From a virus (Duplodnaviria; Caudoviricetes), in IMG/VR virus record IMGVR_UViG_2651869698_000005, positions 26,138 to 90,137 of that record: a stretch of 64,000 nucleotides of DNA, one strand, 5' to 3'. Position 1 is the stretch's first letter. Every line of letters starts with the position of its first letter. Below, one piece after another: positions 17,916 through 26,944 of the stretch. The notes beneath the pieces are model-generated. The model did no database searches. It saw only the letters and a list, made by a program, of their open reading frames with translations, and had not been told where the DNA came from. The translations under genes were made by a program, and so were the position numbers.

Positions 17916-18181
17916 GCTGCGGCCGCCGATCGTGCGTCGCCGATAGCCTCGCGCGCGCCGGCGATGGCCTGACGTTCGTCGATGACGGCCTGGCGGACGA
18001 AGCAGTCCTTCGCCTCGAGCAGCTTGCGGAGGCCGGTCGTCAGCTCGGGGCCGCCGCCGAGGTTCTCGGCCATGTAGGTGGCGGCTTCGGCCATCTCCTG
18101 CGAGATGATCTGCAGGTGCGGCGGTAGGTGCTTGTACTCGAACAGGTCGAGGAGATGCTGAGTGCCGGGGTGGTGTGCCAT
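17912..18181 (-). CDS. Conserved small helical phage protein
   Basis: FEYKHLPPHLQ...GPELTTGLRKLLEAKDCFVR. Confidence 0.75.
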   Translation of the reverse strand: MAHHPGTQHLLDLFEYKHLPPHLQIISQEMAEAATYMAENLGGGPELTTGLRKLLEAKDCFVRQAVIDERQAIAGAREAIGDARSAAAA

Positions 18182-18188
18182 GTGGGTG

Positions 18189-18461
18189 CTACCTCTGTTC
18201 GTTGGTGTGGAGGACGATCGGCTGCTCGGCCGGCAGGCCCCACGGGCGGGCGTACGCCTTCGGCTGCTGAGGCGGTGTGCGCTCGACGTGGGTGAGCACC
18301 AGGTCGTAGCCGAGACGTGCGGCGAGCTTCGTTGCGTCCCCGATGGTTTGATCGGGATGCAGAGCGGAGGCCAGTGCAGTCGCATCCCGAAAGGCCTTGT
18401 CGAGCGGCATCAGCTTGTGGCCGGCGGTGTACTTGTAGTTGACGCCATGCTTGGTTGCCAT
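18189..18461 (-). CDS. Hypothetical protein
   Basis: ORF in operon orientation. Confidence 0.55.
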   Translation of the reverse strand: MATKHGVNYKYTAGHKLMPLDKAFRDATALASALHPDQTIGDATKLAARLGYDLVLTHVERTPPQQPKAYARPWGLPAEQPIVLHTNEQR

Positions 18462-18620
18462 CAGGGGTCTACTTTCGGTGGTGTCTCGGGCGGCGTTGCG
18501 CGGCAACGTCGATCAGCCAGGGATTCGGGGCGGCCGCGGTACGCACGGACTTCTCCATCTCGCGGACGGAGCGCATCGTGTCGATCATCGCGTCGGCCAG
18601 CTCGGCGAACGCGCGGTCGA

Positions 18621-18839
18621 TCACGCGCGAATCCTGTCGATCTGATCGGCTGTAGCGCAGATGAATGCGCCGATGTAGGCGAGGGCGATGACGAGCAGGG
18701 GTGGCATCCAGAGCGGCGCGGCGATGACGTAGAACGGTAGGGAGATCCAGTCGAGCCAGGCCCCGATGCCGAGGCAGCCGAAGAGGATCCAGCCGAACAG
18801 GCGCAGCTCGCGGTACGCGTTCTCGGAGGGCGTCAGCAT
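18621..18839 (-). CDS. Membrane protein
   Basis: Hydrophobic; APLW motif like 17706-17915. Confidence 0.55.
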   Translation of the reverse strand: MLTPSENAYRELRLFGWILFGCLGIGAWLDWISLPFYVIAAPLWMPPLLVIALAYIGAFICATADQIDRIRA

Positions 18840-19079
18840 GGCTTCACCGTGCAGACCGCGCCGGGGTGGGCGACCTCGTAGGTGTCGGCCCATGCTTTCG
18901 CTCGCCAGGCGGTGTCGGTGATGTGGAGGGTTCGGCCGGCACTCCACACGCAGAACCTCTGCCGGTTGGGGACGGCCGGGGCGGTCACAGGATGTCGTCC
19001 AGCCATTGCAGGGTGATCACGAAGATGATCGAGTCGAGGATTGACGATCCGATGGCACGGAACGGTTTACGGCGGCGAC

Positions 19080-19331
19080 TCATGCTGGTTTCGTCCACTT
19101 CTGTTCGTCGATGCGGGCGATGAGGCGGTAGTGCCGGCTGCCGAAGGCGTAGTCCTGATCGAGGGTGACGTTGACGACCTGCTCGGGGGTGTGGAATGCG
19201 ACGATGTCGGCGAGGTTGCGGTCATCCGATGATGCGAGCAGGTTCCAGTCGCGGTCCCAGACGCGAACGAGGACGGGATCGCTGACTGGTTCGCTGATGC
19301 CGAGCAGTCGACGTAGGAGACGTTTCAGCAT
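19080..19331 (-). CDS. Hypothetical protein
   Basis: MLKRLLRR...VRVWDRDWNL. Confidence 0.5.
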   Translation of the reverse strand: MLKRLLRRLLGISEPVSDPVLVRVWDRDWNLLASSDDRNLADIVAFHTPEQVVNVTLDQDYAFGSRHYRLIARIDEQKWTKPA

Positions 19332-19546
19332 GTCGTCGACTCCCAGGTCGCACCCGACGGATCGGTGTGCAGGGTGGCGTGGCCGACCTCGAGTGAGCAG
19401 TCGACACGCCATTGCGTGGCCGTCGTGTTCAGATGATCGGGCCCACAGGACAGGGGGGCCTGGACGTTGCGGAAGGCGGGGCATTCGAGCTCGGGCTTGC
19501 CGCGGCCATCGTTGGCGGGATGGTTCGGTACATCGACGGCGCTCAT
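19325..19546 (-). CDS. Hypothetical Cys/His protein
   Basis: C...CSLEVGHATLH. Confidence 0.5.
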   Translation of the reverse strand: MSAVDVPNHPANDGRGKPELECPAFRNVQAPLSCGPDHLNTTATQWRVDCSLEVGHATLHTDPSGATWESTTC

Positions 19547-19839
19547 GCTGCTGCCAGCCCAGCTGCCAGCTCGGGGTTCACGCCGAGGAACTCGAGGAGG
19601 GCGGCGCGCACATCGCGGGGGAGGTCGCGCAGAGCGGGTTGCGTTGCGGTGGTTGACGACTGGCCGGCACGCTTGAGTTCGATTGACCAACCATCCTCGA
19701 CATCGAAGTGGAGATGTGTCACCTCGTACTGCGCGCGTGCCGGCCGAACAGGCTCGAATGCGTCACCCGGCGCGTAGCCCTGGAAGAGGTCGCTCATCGG
19801 CTTGAGTCGGGTGTTGATCGAGGTCACTGTTGCCGTCAT
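19543..19839 (-). CDS. Hypothetical protein
   Basis: First ORF after the motif at 19870. Confidence 0.6.
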   Translation of the reverse strand: MTATVTSINTRLKPMSDLFQGYAPGDAFEPVRPARAQYEVTHLHFDVEDGWSIELKRAGQSSTTATQPALRDLPRDVRAALLEFLGVNPELAAGLAAA

Positions 19840-20086
19840 GGCGATGATTGTTGCGGCGGCCGTTCGGATTTGACTATCTCGACCAACAGGTTGTCCCGGC
19901 CGTATTGGTCCCGTGCGATGTCCCGTCAGATCAGCGGGCGCGGGCAGAGGTGGAGATGCCGGAGGAGGGGGCCGTTGACTTCGCCGTAGCAGCGGGGGCA
20001 GATCACCCAGCCGATGACGCCTCCGACTGCTCGGGCGTAGGAGAGGCGTTGTCGGGCTCGGCGTCGGATCCAGCGGCTGACGAGCG

Positions 20087-20593
20087 TCATGCCGCCCGGC
20101 CGCCGTGCGCCAGGGGCAGATACTGGGCCATCGTTTTCAACTTCTCGAGCTCGGCCGAGGTCGCCTCGCGAGCCTTGACCGTCGAGTACCGGTCGTCGAA
20201 CTTCGGGTGCTCATCCATGAACGTCGCCAGGGCGATCGCGTGCCAGGCGACAGCGATGATGTGCTTCGAGCCGGTCTCCTCGTCGAAGTCCTCGCCGTCG
20301 GCGAACTGGCCGAGATGCCGCTGCAGGGCGTCGAGGGACTTGCTCCATTCGTAGCCGAGTCGCCAGTTGTTGTCGGCGTACTTCTGACTGCCTCGGCCGT
20401 AATGCTCGGCGAGCTCACGGAGGGCTGCGGCGGGGATCAGGCTGTACCGGGCCAGCTTGGTTCCCTTTTCGCCGCCGGTGGCCGAGACGGAGCGGACCTC
20501 TCCGTCGTCGAAGCGGACCTCGCCGGTGTCGAACTTCTCGGGGTGCGTTGCGGGGGTGCGGGCTTCGCGGAGCGGGGTGACGGTGGCGGTCAT
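20087..20593 (-). CDS. dATP/dGTP diphosphohydrolase-domain protein (DUF5664-like)
   Basis: RYSLIP, GSQKYADNNW, RHL, DEETGSKH. Confidence 0.8.
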   Translation of the reverse strand: MTATVTPLREARTPATHPEKFDTGEVRFDDGEVRSVSATGGEKGTKLARYSLIPAAALRELAEHYGRGSQKYADNNWRLGYEWSKSLDALQRHLGQFADGEDFDEETGSKHIIAVAWHAIALATFMDEHPKFDDRYSTVKAREATSAELEKLKTMAQYLPLAHGGRAA

Positions 20594-21186
20594 GCTGCGA
20601 GGGTTTCCTTTTCGGCGTTGATGACGGTGTTGGCGAACTCGCCGAGGGTGTTGACTCGACGGCGGACGTAGCTGTTCGCTTCCTCCTCGTCGTCGGCATT
20701 CCACGGCTGATTGAGCAGGTAGGGCTCACACCCGGTGGCGTACAGGGCGTCGTAGTTCTCGAGCTTGTCGTCGATCATGTAATCGGTGGCGACGATCGTC
20801 TTATCGCCGGAGAACGTGAGGGTGTCGTACGGGACGGTGTTGGCGAGCAACCAGTTTGCGGTGGCTGAGTGGCTGATGGCGGGGTGCGCGCCGAACTGAC
20901 GGTCGGTGATGATGTGGAGGGTGTGGCCGGCAGCCTGCAGGCGACCGAGAGCGACCCGATCGGAGTTCTGCAGGACTGCCCCACTCCACAGCCGGTTCTC
21001 GTTGGCTGCGCGGTCACACATGGCTTTGAAGCCGGCAGCGGACAGGCCCCACTTCTCGTAGAAGTGCCACTCGGTCTGCTCGCCGCAGAGGTCTTTCGGC
21101 CAGTGCATGTGCTTGACCATGAAGGTGCGGAAGACATCCCCGAACGGGTACAGGACGCCGTCGAGGTCGATGCCTATGCGTGCCAT
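20590..21186 (-). CDS. HAD-family 5'(3')-deoxyribonucleotidase-like protein
   Basis: IDLDGV, IITDR, IDDK, PWN. Confidence 0.85.
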   Translation of the reverse strand: MARIGIDLDGVLYPFGDVFRTFMVKHMHWPKDLCGEQTEWHFYEKWGLSAAGFKAMCDRAANENRLWSGAVLQNSDRVALGRLQAAGHTLHIITDRQFGAHPAISHSATANWLLANTVPYDTLTFSGDKTIVATDYMIDDKLENYDALYATGCEPYLLNQPWNADDEEEANSYVRRRVNTLGEFANTVINAEKETLAA

Positions 21187-21187
21187 G

Positions 21188-21430
21188 TCATGCCCTCTTC
21201 TGCTTGGTGGGGTTGATCGCCCAGAACGGCGGGGTGTGCTTCGGCTCGGGTGTCGCTGCGGCCGCGAGTGCGGTGGTCGCGCCATTGATGGTCGAGATCT
21301 GTGCGCGGAGAACCTCGCCGAGCTGACGAAAGCCCGCTGTGATCGCCTGTAACGGCTCCTGCCAGGACACGGGGAAGGCGTCGACGCTGCGAGGTAGCGG
21401 CGTTCCTGGCGGTGCGGTGTAGACGGGCAC
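21188..21430 (-). CDS. Hypothetical protein
   Basis: 80 aa in operon. Confidence 0.55.
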   Translation of the reverse strand: MPVYTAPPGTPLPRSVDAFPVSWQEPLQAITAGFRQLGEVLRAQISTINGATTALAAAATPEPKHTPPFWAINPTKQKRA

Positions 21431-21445
21431 AGCGGGCTTCTTTCG

Positions 21446-22018
21446 TCAGTGCCGGCCGCGTCGAGTGAACTGGGGGCGGCCGGTGGGGATGTTCGAGTTC
21501 CACTGCACGTGCACGGGTTTTATCTGCAGGAACTCGGCGAGTGTCAGCTTCGCTTTGCGGAGCAGGTGCAGACGGTAGTGGTTGTGGTCTGGAACTGACT
21601 CGATCAGCCAACGCCGGTGTTCGGCGGTGGTGATGCGGTGGGCGACGGCGTTGAAGTGCTCGAAGTAGGTGCACGGCCGCCAGTAGAGGTGGTGCCGCGG
21701 CCGCCAGCTCGTGTCGTCGGTCCAGATGTGGAAGGACTCGACGGGCGGCTCATAGGTGGGCGGCCAGTCATCGAACGGGTAGTCGGGCACCTGCCAGCGC
21801 GGCTGCTTCTCCCAAAATGCTTTGACGAGCGCCTGTCGGATCGTCGGGCGGGTGGGTTCGGCCGGCAGGAACGGGTTCGTCCATGTCAGGTACTTCGAGA
21901 AGGTCGTCATCGCGGGTGCGGTGAATACCTCGGCGGGGCTGAACTTGACCTCGCCGACGGTGCCGATGACATGCCACTCACTGTCATCGGCACCGCGGAT
22001 CGAGAGTGTTGCGGTCAC
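21446..22018 (-). CDS. Hypothetical protein
   Basis: GTGA-coupled start; Trp-rich. Confidence 0.55.
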   Translation of the reverse strand: MTATLSIRGADDSEWHVIGTVGEVKFSPAEVFTAPAMTTFSKYLTWTNPFLPAEPTRPTIRQALVKAFWEKQPRWQVPDYPFDDWPPTYEPPVESFHIWTDDTSWRPRHHLYWRPCTYFEHFNAVAHRITTAEHRRWLIESVPDHNHYRLHLLRKAKLTLAEFLQIKPVHVQWNSNIPTGRPQFTRRGRH

Positions 22019-22276
22019 GCCAGGCACCCGCGCTGGTAGTTCCACGCGCAGATGCAGGTGACGCAGAAGTCGCCCTGGACGCGGTGGCCGGCGAGCCGAT
22101 GCCACCACCGGTACTTCCATCGGCCACGCTGAGTGGCGGTCACAGGTACTGCCTCATGTCGCCACAGGACGAGCAGTGCCACGAGCAGAGTGACTGACCG
22201 GTCACGTCGGGCCCGTGGTCCCGAAACGACGACGCCCTGATGAAACGGCCACAAGTGCAGTGGATGCGGTGATCGC

Positions 22277-23050
22277 TCATGCCCTGGCCGGTTCCTGAGC
22301 GGCCGAATCATCCCACGCCGCCCTCGCGGTAGGGCCGAAGACGTTCGGGGCGTGTACGGCGAGCTGAGCGCCGATCTCGCGCGCGAGACGCTGGATCTCG
22401 GCGTCGGCTGCCGGGTTGTCGCGCTTGATCAGGAACTCGACCCACGCCCGGTAGTTGCCGCTGACGACGAGGCGGGTCTCGGTGTGGTTCGGGAGGGCAT
22501 GGCGGGCGGCTTCGCGGATCTGCTTCTTGCCGAGGCCCTTCGCCGTCAGGGCTGCGACGTCGGTGTCGTAGGCGAGCAATGCGTCACGGAAGTCGTCGAT
22601 GGCGGTTGCCGTGAGGGTCTCGTCGCCCTCGTAGGCGGGTGGCATGACCATCTTCGCGGTGGACGAGTCGACGTACCGCTGCGAGAGCTGCGAATACGAG
22701 AAGTGACGGTGACGCACCAGCTCGTGGGTGAGGGACCGGCTGACGCCCTGCAGATAGAACGAAACCGATGCGTGCTCGAGGACTGAGCCGTGCTTCTGCT
22801 TCAAGATGTTGAGCAGGTAGTCGGCGTTCGCCCGCGTCTTCGCGTTGCTCTTCTCGAACGACTGATAGCAGGCGCGGCCGGCGAACTCGGCGAGGGCCTG
22901 GCCGTCGTACGGGCCATCCTCCGATACCGCGTTCGACCAATCGGGCATGAAGATCGCCTCACGATGGCCGTCGTCGTCGGCCGGCAACGTCGGCGGGATG
23001 AAGACCGTGTGCGCGATCAGCTGGACATCGAGTACTGCAACCTGCGTCAT
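22277..23050 (-). CDS. thyX: Flavin-dependent thymidylate synthase
   Basis: AGRACY, HGSVLEH, signature RHRHFSYSQLSQRY. Confidence 0.95.
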   Translation of the reverse strand: MTQVAVLDVQLIAHTVFIPPTLPADDDGHREAIFMPDWSNAVSEDGPYDGQALAEFAGRACYQSFEKSNAKTRANADYLLNILKQKHGSVLEHASVSFYLQGVSRSLTHELVRHRHFSYSQLSQRYVDSSTAKMVMPPAYEGDETLTATAIDDFRDALLAYDTDVAALTAKGLGKKQIREAARHALPNHTETRLVVSGNYRAWVEFLIKRDNPAADAEIQRLAREIGAQLAVHAPNVFGPTARAAWDDSAAQEPARA

Positions 23051-23535
23051 GCCTGCTGTTCCTTTTCGATTGCGGCGGTGCCCCGCCAGATGTACTGGAC
23101 TCCACCGGTTTCCGACCTGCGCTGACCGACCCTCGCGATCCGACCGGCACGAGACGCTTCCACGATCAGCATCTTGACGGTGTTCTCGTCGAAGCCATCG
23201 GGGAGCGTTGTGCTGATGAACGACTCACCGGAGTCGATGAGCCGTTCGAGGATTGCCCGCAGCCGCGGGGTGTCGGGCGTTTCCTCCGCAGAGCTGATGC
23301 CGGCGCGGGAGAGGGTGACCCTGAGTGTGTCCTCGGAGACGTTGAGGTGCTTGCAGATTCGATTCACCGACCATCCGACCTGGCGGTAGAACTGGTAGTT
23401 GTCGATCAGGTCTTCGGTTGCGGCGTAGTCGATGGCGAGGAATCGCTTGCCGTGCCGCCTGCCCGTGCGGGTGGAGGATTTGAGCGACACCTGATCCCAG
23501 GACAGGTCGTCTTCGACCTCGAATGTGGTGGACAT
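23047..23535 (-). CDS. HTH-containing protein
   Basis: GWSVNRICKHLNVS. Confidence 0.6.
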   Translation of the reverse strand: MSTTFEVEDDLSWDQVSLKSSTRTGRRHGKRFLAIDYAATEDLIDNYQFYRQVGWSVNRICKHLNVSEDTLRVTLSRAGISSAEETPDTPRLRAILERLIDSGESFISTTLPDGFDENTVKMLIVEASRAGRIARVGQRRSETGGVQYIWRGTAAIEKEQQA

Positions 23536-24230
23536 CAGATCGCCACGACCCATCCGGCTTCGGTGAGTGCGCCGACGACGTCGGGGCCCTGCCATCCCTC
23601 GGGCTTGAGCACCTTTGACTTCTTCGGCTCGCCTGCCCACTGGGTGGGGCCATGTTTGCCGTTGACCTTGTCGTCGTTGGCGCGGGTGACTTCGGCCTGG
23701 GTGAGGCGAGTTCCCTTGCTGCCGGCCGTTTCGAGTGCGCCGCCCTGCGAGATGACGATGATGTCGTTGTAGGCGTCGGTGACGTCGGGGACGTCGAAGA
23801 ATCCCTCGGAGATGAACTGCTGGATGCGGCCCTCGAGGCTTTCGCGGGGGAGATCCTGGACGGCGAGGGTGGCGTCGAGGAGGCCGGAGAAGCCGATGCC
23901 CTGCGCGAGTTCGCCGACTTCCTCGAGGAGCATGGCGAGACGGTTCGCTATCGACTTCGCCGAGGGGATGCCGGGGACGTCGGCGATGGGCTGGCCGGCG
24001 GCGAGCATGAACCGTTCGGTCCCCTCGAGCAGGTTCGGCTGAGCTTCGGGGACTGAACGGATGCCATAGCGGGCGATGAAGCTGTCGGCGTCGCACACGA
24101 CCGTGCGGCCGTAGGGGTTCGAGTACGTGAAGTCCCCGCTGCCATCTTTCGTCCAGATGTCGCCGTCTGCATCGACTACGGAGCCGCCTGCGGGGACCAC
24201 TTCGAGGAGTGTGGTGATTGCGTTGCTCAT
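23535..24230 (-). CDS. MazG/HisE-like NTP pyrophosphohydrolase
   Basis: EEVGEL, DAYND, EVTRAN..K, KVLKPEGW. Confidence 0.75.
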   Translation of the reverse strand: MSNAITTLLEVVPAGGSVVDADGDIWTKDGSGDFTYSNPYGRTVVCDADSFIARYGIRSVPEAQPNLLEGTERFMLAAGQPIADVPGIPSAKSIANRLAMLLEEVGELAQGIGFSGLLDATLAVQDLPRESLEGRIQQFISEGFFDVPDVTDAYNDIIVISQGGALETAGSKGTRLTQAEVTRANDDKVNGKHGPTQWAGEPKKSKVLKPEGWQGPDVVGALTEAGWVVAI

Positions 24231-24535
24231 GCTGCGATGCCTGCCTTCTTGAGTTTCATTGCCTGACGGCCCTGTTCGGGAGTGACGCCATGCTTCGCGC
24301 CGATGTCTGTGATGAATCGCAGCGCCATCGCTGCCACCTGGATCGCTTCGCCGACAGCGGTCGCGTGCGAGTCGGCCTTGACCTCGTCCCACAGCTCGTC
24401 GACTTCCTCGCGGAGCACCGCCCAGCCTTCGTGCGCGGAGTTGAACGGCTCGAACTTCGAGACGGCCCGGTTGTGTTCGTCGTAGACGGCGTTCATCGCC
24501 AGGTCGGCGAGTACTACGCGGCTCGATGTGGTCAT
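24227..24535 (-). CDS. MazG-like protein
   Basis: SAHEGWAVLREEVDELWDEVK...EAIQVAAMA. Confidence 0.75.
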   Translation of the reverse strand: MTTSSRVVLADLAMNAVYDEHNRAVSKFEPFNSAHEGWAVLREEVDELWDEVKADSHATAVGEAIQVAAMALRFITDIGAKHGVTPEQGRQAMKLKKAGIAA

Positions 24536-25131
24536 GCTGCGTTCACCCCTACCTTCTCCTGGATCATCGCGTTGACGACATCGAGGTGCACGGGCTTGAG
24601 ATCCCATGCGTCCAAGCCGATATGGAGGCTGCGGGGACCGGTCCAGATGTCGGTGGTGTGCAGGTGGCCATGGAGCAGGAAGTCGCCGTTGTCGGCGATC
24701 CGAACCTCGCTGTACCGCTCCTCGGGGCCGCGATCTCCATCGCCGCGGTACGGGAAGTGCGACAGCCATGCCTTGCCGACGCCGGGCACTCTGCGGCGGC
24801 CGAGAGTGTTGATCGACCGGAAGACCTCGAGGAACTTCTCTGACCGGATGTGCGACCCGACGTTGTACGGATGGCAGGTGTCGTGGTTGCCGGCGATCAG
24901 GTGCAGGTCGAAGAACGGCGTCAGATCGTTGAGCTTGTCGAGCGCGCGGGTCTCGGATGCGTTTGTGCCGGAGCTGATGTCGCCGAGGATCCACAGCTGA
25001 TCGTTCTTGACGAGGGTGTTGACGATGTTCGAGAGGATGGCTCGATCGTGGTCGGCGACGGAGTCGAAGCCGCGGAGTTCGGCGACTTTCGCGTGGCCGA
25101 GGTGCAGATCGGACGTGAAATAGACGGTCAT
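24532..25131 (-). CDS. Calcineurin-like metallophosphoesterase
   Basis: SDLHLGH, LGD, GNHD, SHFP, HGHLH. Confidence 0.9.
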   Translation of the reverse strand: MTVYFTSDLHLGHAKVAELRGFDSVADHDRAILSNIVNTLVKNDQLWILGDISSGTNASETRALDKLNDLTPFFDLHLIAGNHDTCHPYNVGSHIRSEKFLEVFRSINTLGRRRVPGVGKAWLSHFPYRGDGDRGPEERYSEVRIADNGDFLLHGHLHTTDIWTGPRSLHIGLDAWDLKPVHLDVVNAMIQEKVGVNAA

Positions 25132-25466
25132 GCTGCAACTTTCGGGGTTGTCTCGGTGGCAGCCGAGTAGTGGTTCTGGAAGGTTTCGTGGTCGCAGACG
25201 TACAGGCGACCGGATGGGCCTCGAACGAGCCAGTAGCCGTGTGGGACTCGGGTTCTGCGGCCGTCGAGGGGCACTTGCCAGTGGGCTGAGATTACCGCGT
25301 AGCCGAGGAGGAGGTCACGGCGATTGGGTTCGAGGCTGACGCCGTCGTCGTACCAGCCGCTGCCGCGGTCGAGGCCGAGGTCGCGGTTGATCTCGTAAGC
25401 GAACTGCCGGCCGAGCCGCACCGCGCGAACGGTGCGACTCGGGTCCAGGCTGAGGGTGTAGATCAC
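25128..25466 (-). CDS. Hypothetical protein
   Basis: Coupled ORF; GYWLVRGPSG...F...Y tail. Confidence 0.6.
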   Translation of the reverse strand: MIYTLSLDPSRTVRAVRLGRQFAYEINRDLGLDRGSGWYDDGVSLEPNRRDLLLGYAVISAHWQVPLDGRRTRVPHGYWLVRGPSGRLYVCDHETFQNHYSAATETTPKVAA

Positions 25467-26944
25467 AGCTGACGGGCGAGGGTGGTGCGTATGTCGTGGA
25501 ATGCCTGCGGGGCCAGGTTCTTTCCGTCCTGCCAGACCGGCTGCAGGATCGAACGTTCCATCGCCAGGGGGTTGGCGCGTTCGATCAGCTCGACGCCCAT
25601 CGCGGGGTCGGTCTCGATGACTGCGAGGCGGCCGGTGGCGGACTTCTTGAGCCCTGAGTCGGTGACGGGATCCTTCTGCAGGTTGTGGCCCTCGCCGTCG
25701 ACCTCGACGTACGTCGCTTTGACGGCCGAGCCGAACGTGTCGCGGGTGGTTCCCTGGTAGCTGTAGGAGCCGACGCCGAAGACGACGATGGTCGAGACGT
25801 AACCCATCTCCTCGAGGCGAGCGGTGATGGCTGCGGCGCGCTCGGGAAGGATCGAGTCGCCGTAGATCGCTCCGACCTTCTCGTTGAGCTCGAGGTATCC
25901 GGCATGGTTGACGGTAGACCCGAAGTGCTTGTCCAGCAGGCCGACTACGCCGTGCCACTGCGGGGTGCCGTACTCGGCGTCACGGTCGCCGCACAGGATG
26001 GTTTCGGGGTCGCCGGAGTCGGGGCGGATGACGAGCTTGCCGTCACGGGCGAGGATGCGATCCTTGAGCTGCGGGAGGATGTTGTCGAGCACGTTCCACA
26101 GATCCCACGTATCAGAGACCACCGACACGATGCCCGACGGATACAGGTCGAGCAGCCGGTTGAACGTTGCGAGCTCGCCGTCCTGCAGGCCTGCGCACAT
26201 GACGGAGTGCTCGGTGGCCGGCACGCCTGCGCCGACGAGGCCGTTGTCGCCGGGGTAGTAGCGGCGGATCCATTCGAGGGCGGGCAGGCTATCGGTGCCG
26301 AGGAACGAGGTCAGGTGCGCGGCACCGGACTTGGCGGCCGAGGCGGTGGAGGTCTGGCCGCGGTAGGAGAAGTCGTGCGCCTGGAAGTCGACGTCCTTGA
26401 TAGCTCCGCCGGTGTTGATGGCTGCGGCGTTGAGGATCCGGCGGTACTGCAGGGCGATCGTCGCCGAGGTGGCGGTATGCCAGTACTCGGCGGAGATGAC
26501 GGTCTCGACGTAGTTCACGAGCCAGAAGAACTCGGGGATGGTGTTCTCGATCGTGAACGAGGGGACGCGCAGCGGGAGCAGGGTGCCTTCGGGTGCGGAC
26601 TTGACGAGCAGCGGCAGGTAGCCGAGCTGGTGGAGGGCGCGGACGTGGTCGATGCCGATGGCTTCGGCGGCGTCGGGGCCGAGGTAGGCGGCGACGAAGT
26701 CGAAGTACAGGGCGGCGACTTCGTTTTCGTCGGCTGCGAAGAACGGCTCGAATGCCTCGACGAGGTAGGTCTGCAGGGCGGCCTGCAATCCGAAGTGGAC
26801 GACGTGGTCGATGCCAGGGATCCTCGAGGAGCGGTTGGTGTAGTTGCTGTAGACGAGGGTGGTGCCGGCGGGGTACTGGCGGCGGTGGTCGAGCTTGTAG
26901 CCGTCGGTGTTGAGCAGGGCGGCGATCGGGGATGCTGTGGTCAC
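25463..26944 (-). CDS. Nicotinamide phosphoribosyltransferase-like protein (probable Namat of NARP1)
   Basis: TDGYKLDH, HDFSYRG, ATEHS, SVVSDT, IRPDSG, IYGDSI, KKSATG. Confidence 0.9.
   Translation of the reverse strand: MTTASPIAALLNTDGYKLDHRRQYPAGTTLVYSNYTNRSSRIPGIDHVVHFGLQAALQTYLVEAFEPFFAADENEVAALYFDFVAAYLGPDAAEAIGIDHVRALHQLGYLPLLVKSAPEGTLLPLRVPSFTIENTIPEFFWLVNYVETVISAEYWHTATSATIALQYRRILNAAAINTGGAIKDVDFQAHDFSYRGQTSTASAAKSGAAHLTSFLGTDSLPALEWIRRYYPGDNGLVGAGVPATEHSVMCAGLQDGELATFNRLLDLYPSGIVSVVSDTWDLWNVLDNILPQLKDRILARDGKLVIRPDSGDPETILCGDRDAEYGTPQWHGVVGLLDKHFGSTVNHAGYLELNEKVGAIYGDSILPERAAAITARLEEMGYVSTIVVFGVGSYSYQGTTRDTFGSAVKATYVEVDGEGHNLQKDPVTDSGLKKSATGRLAVIETDPAMGVELIERANPLAMERSILQPVWQDGKNLAPQAFHDIRTTLARQL

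Noticed and set aside
20087-20593. DUF5664-like gene as evidence for a 2-aminoadenine (Z) genome
   Set aside because: No PurZ or dedicated polymerase appears in the window.
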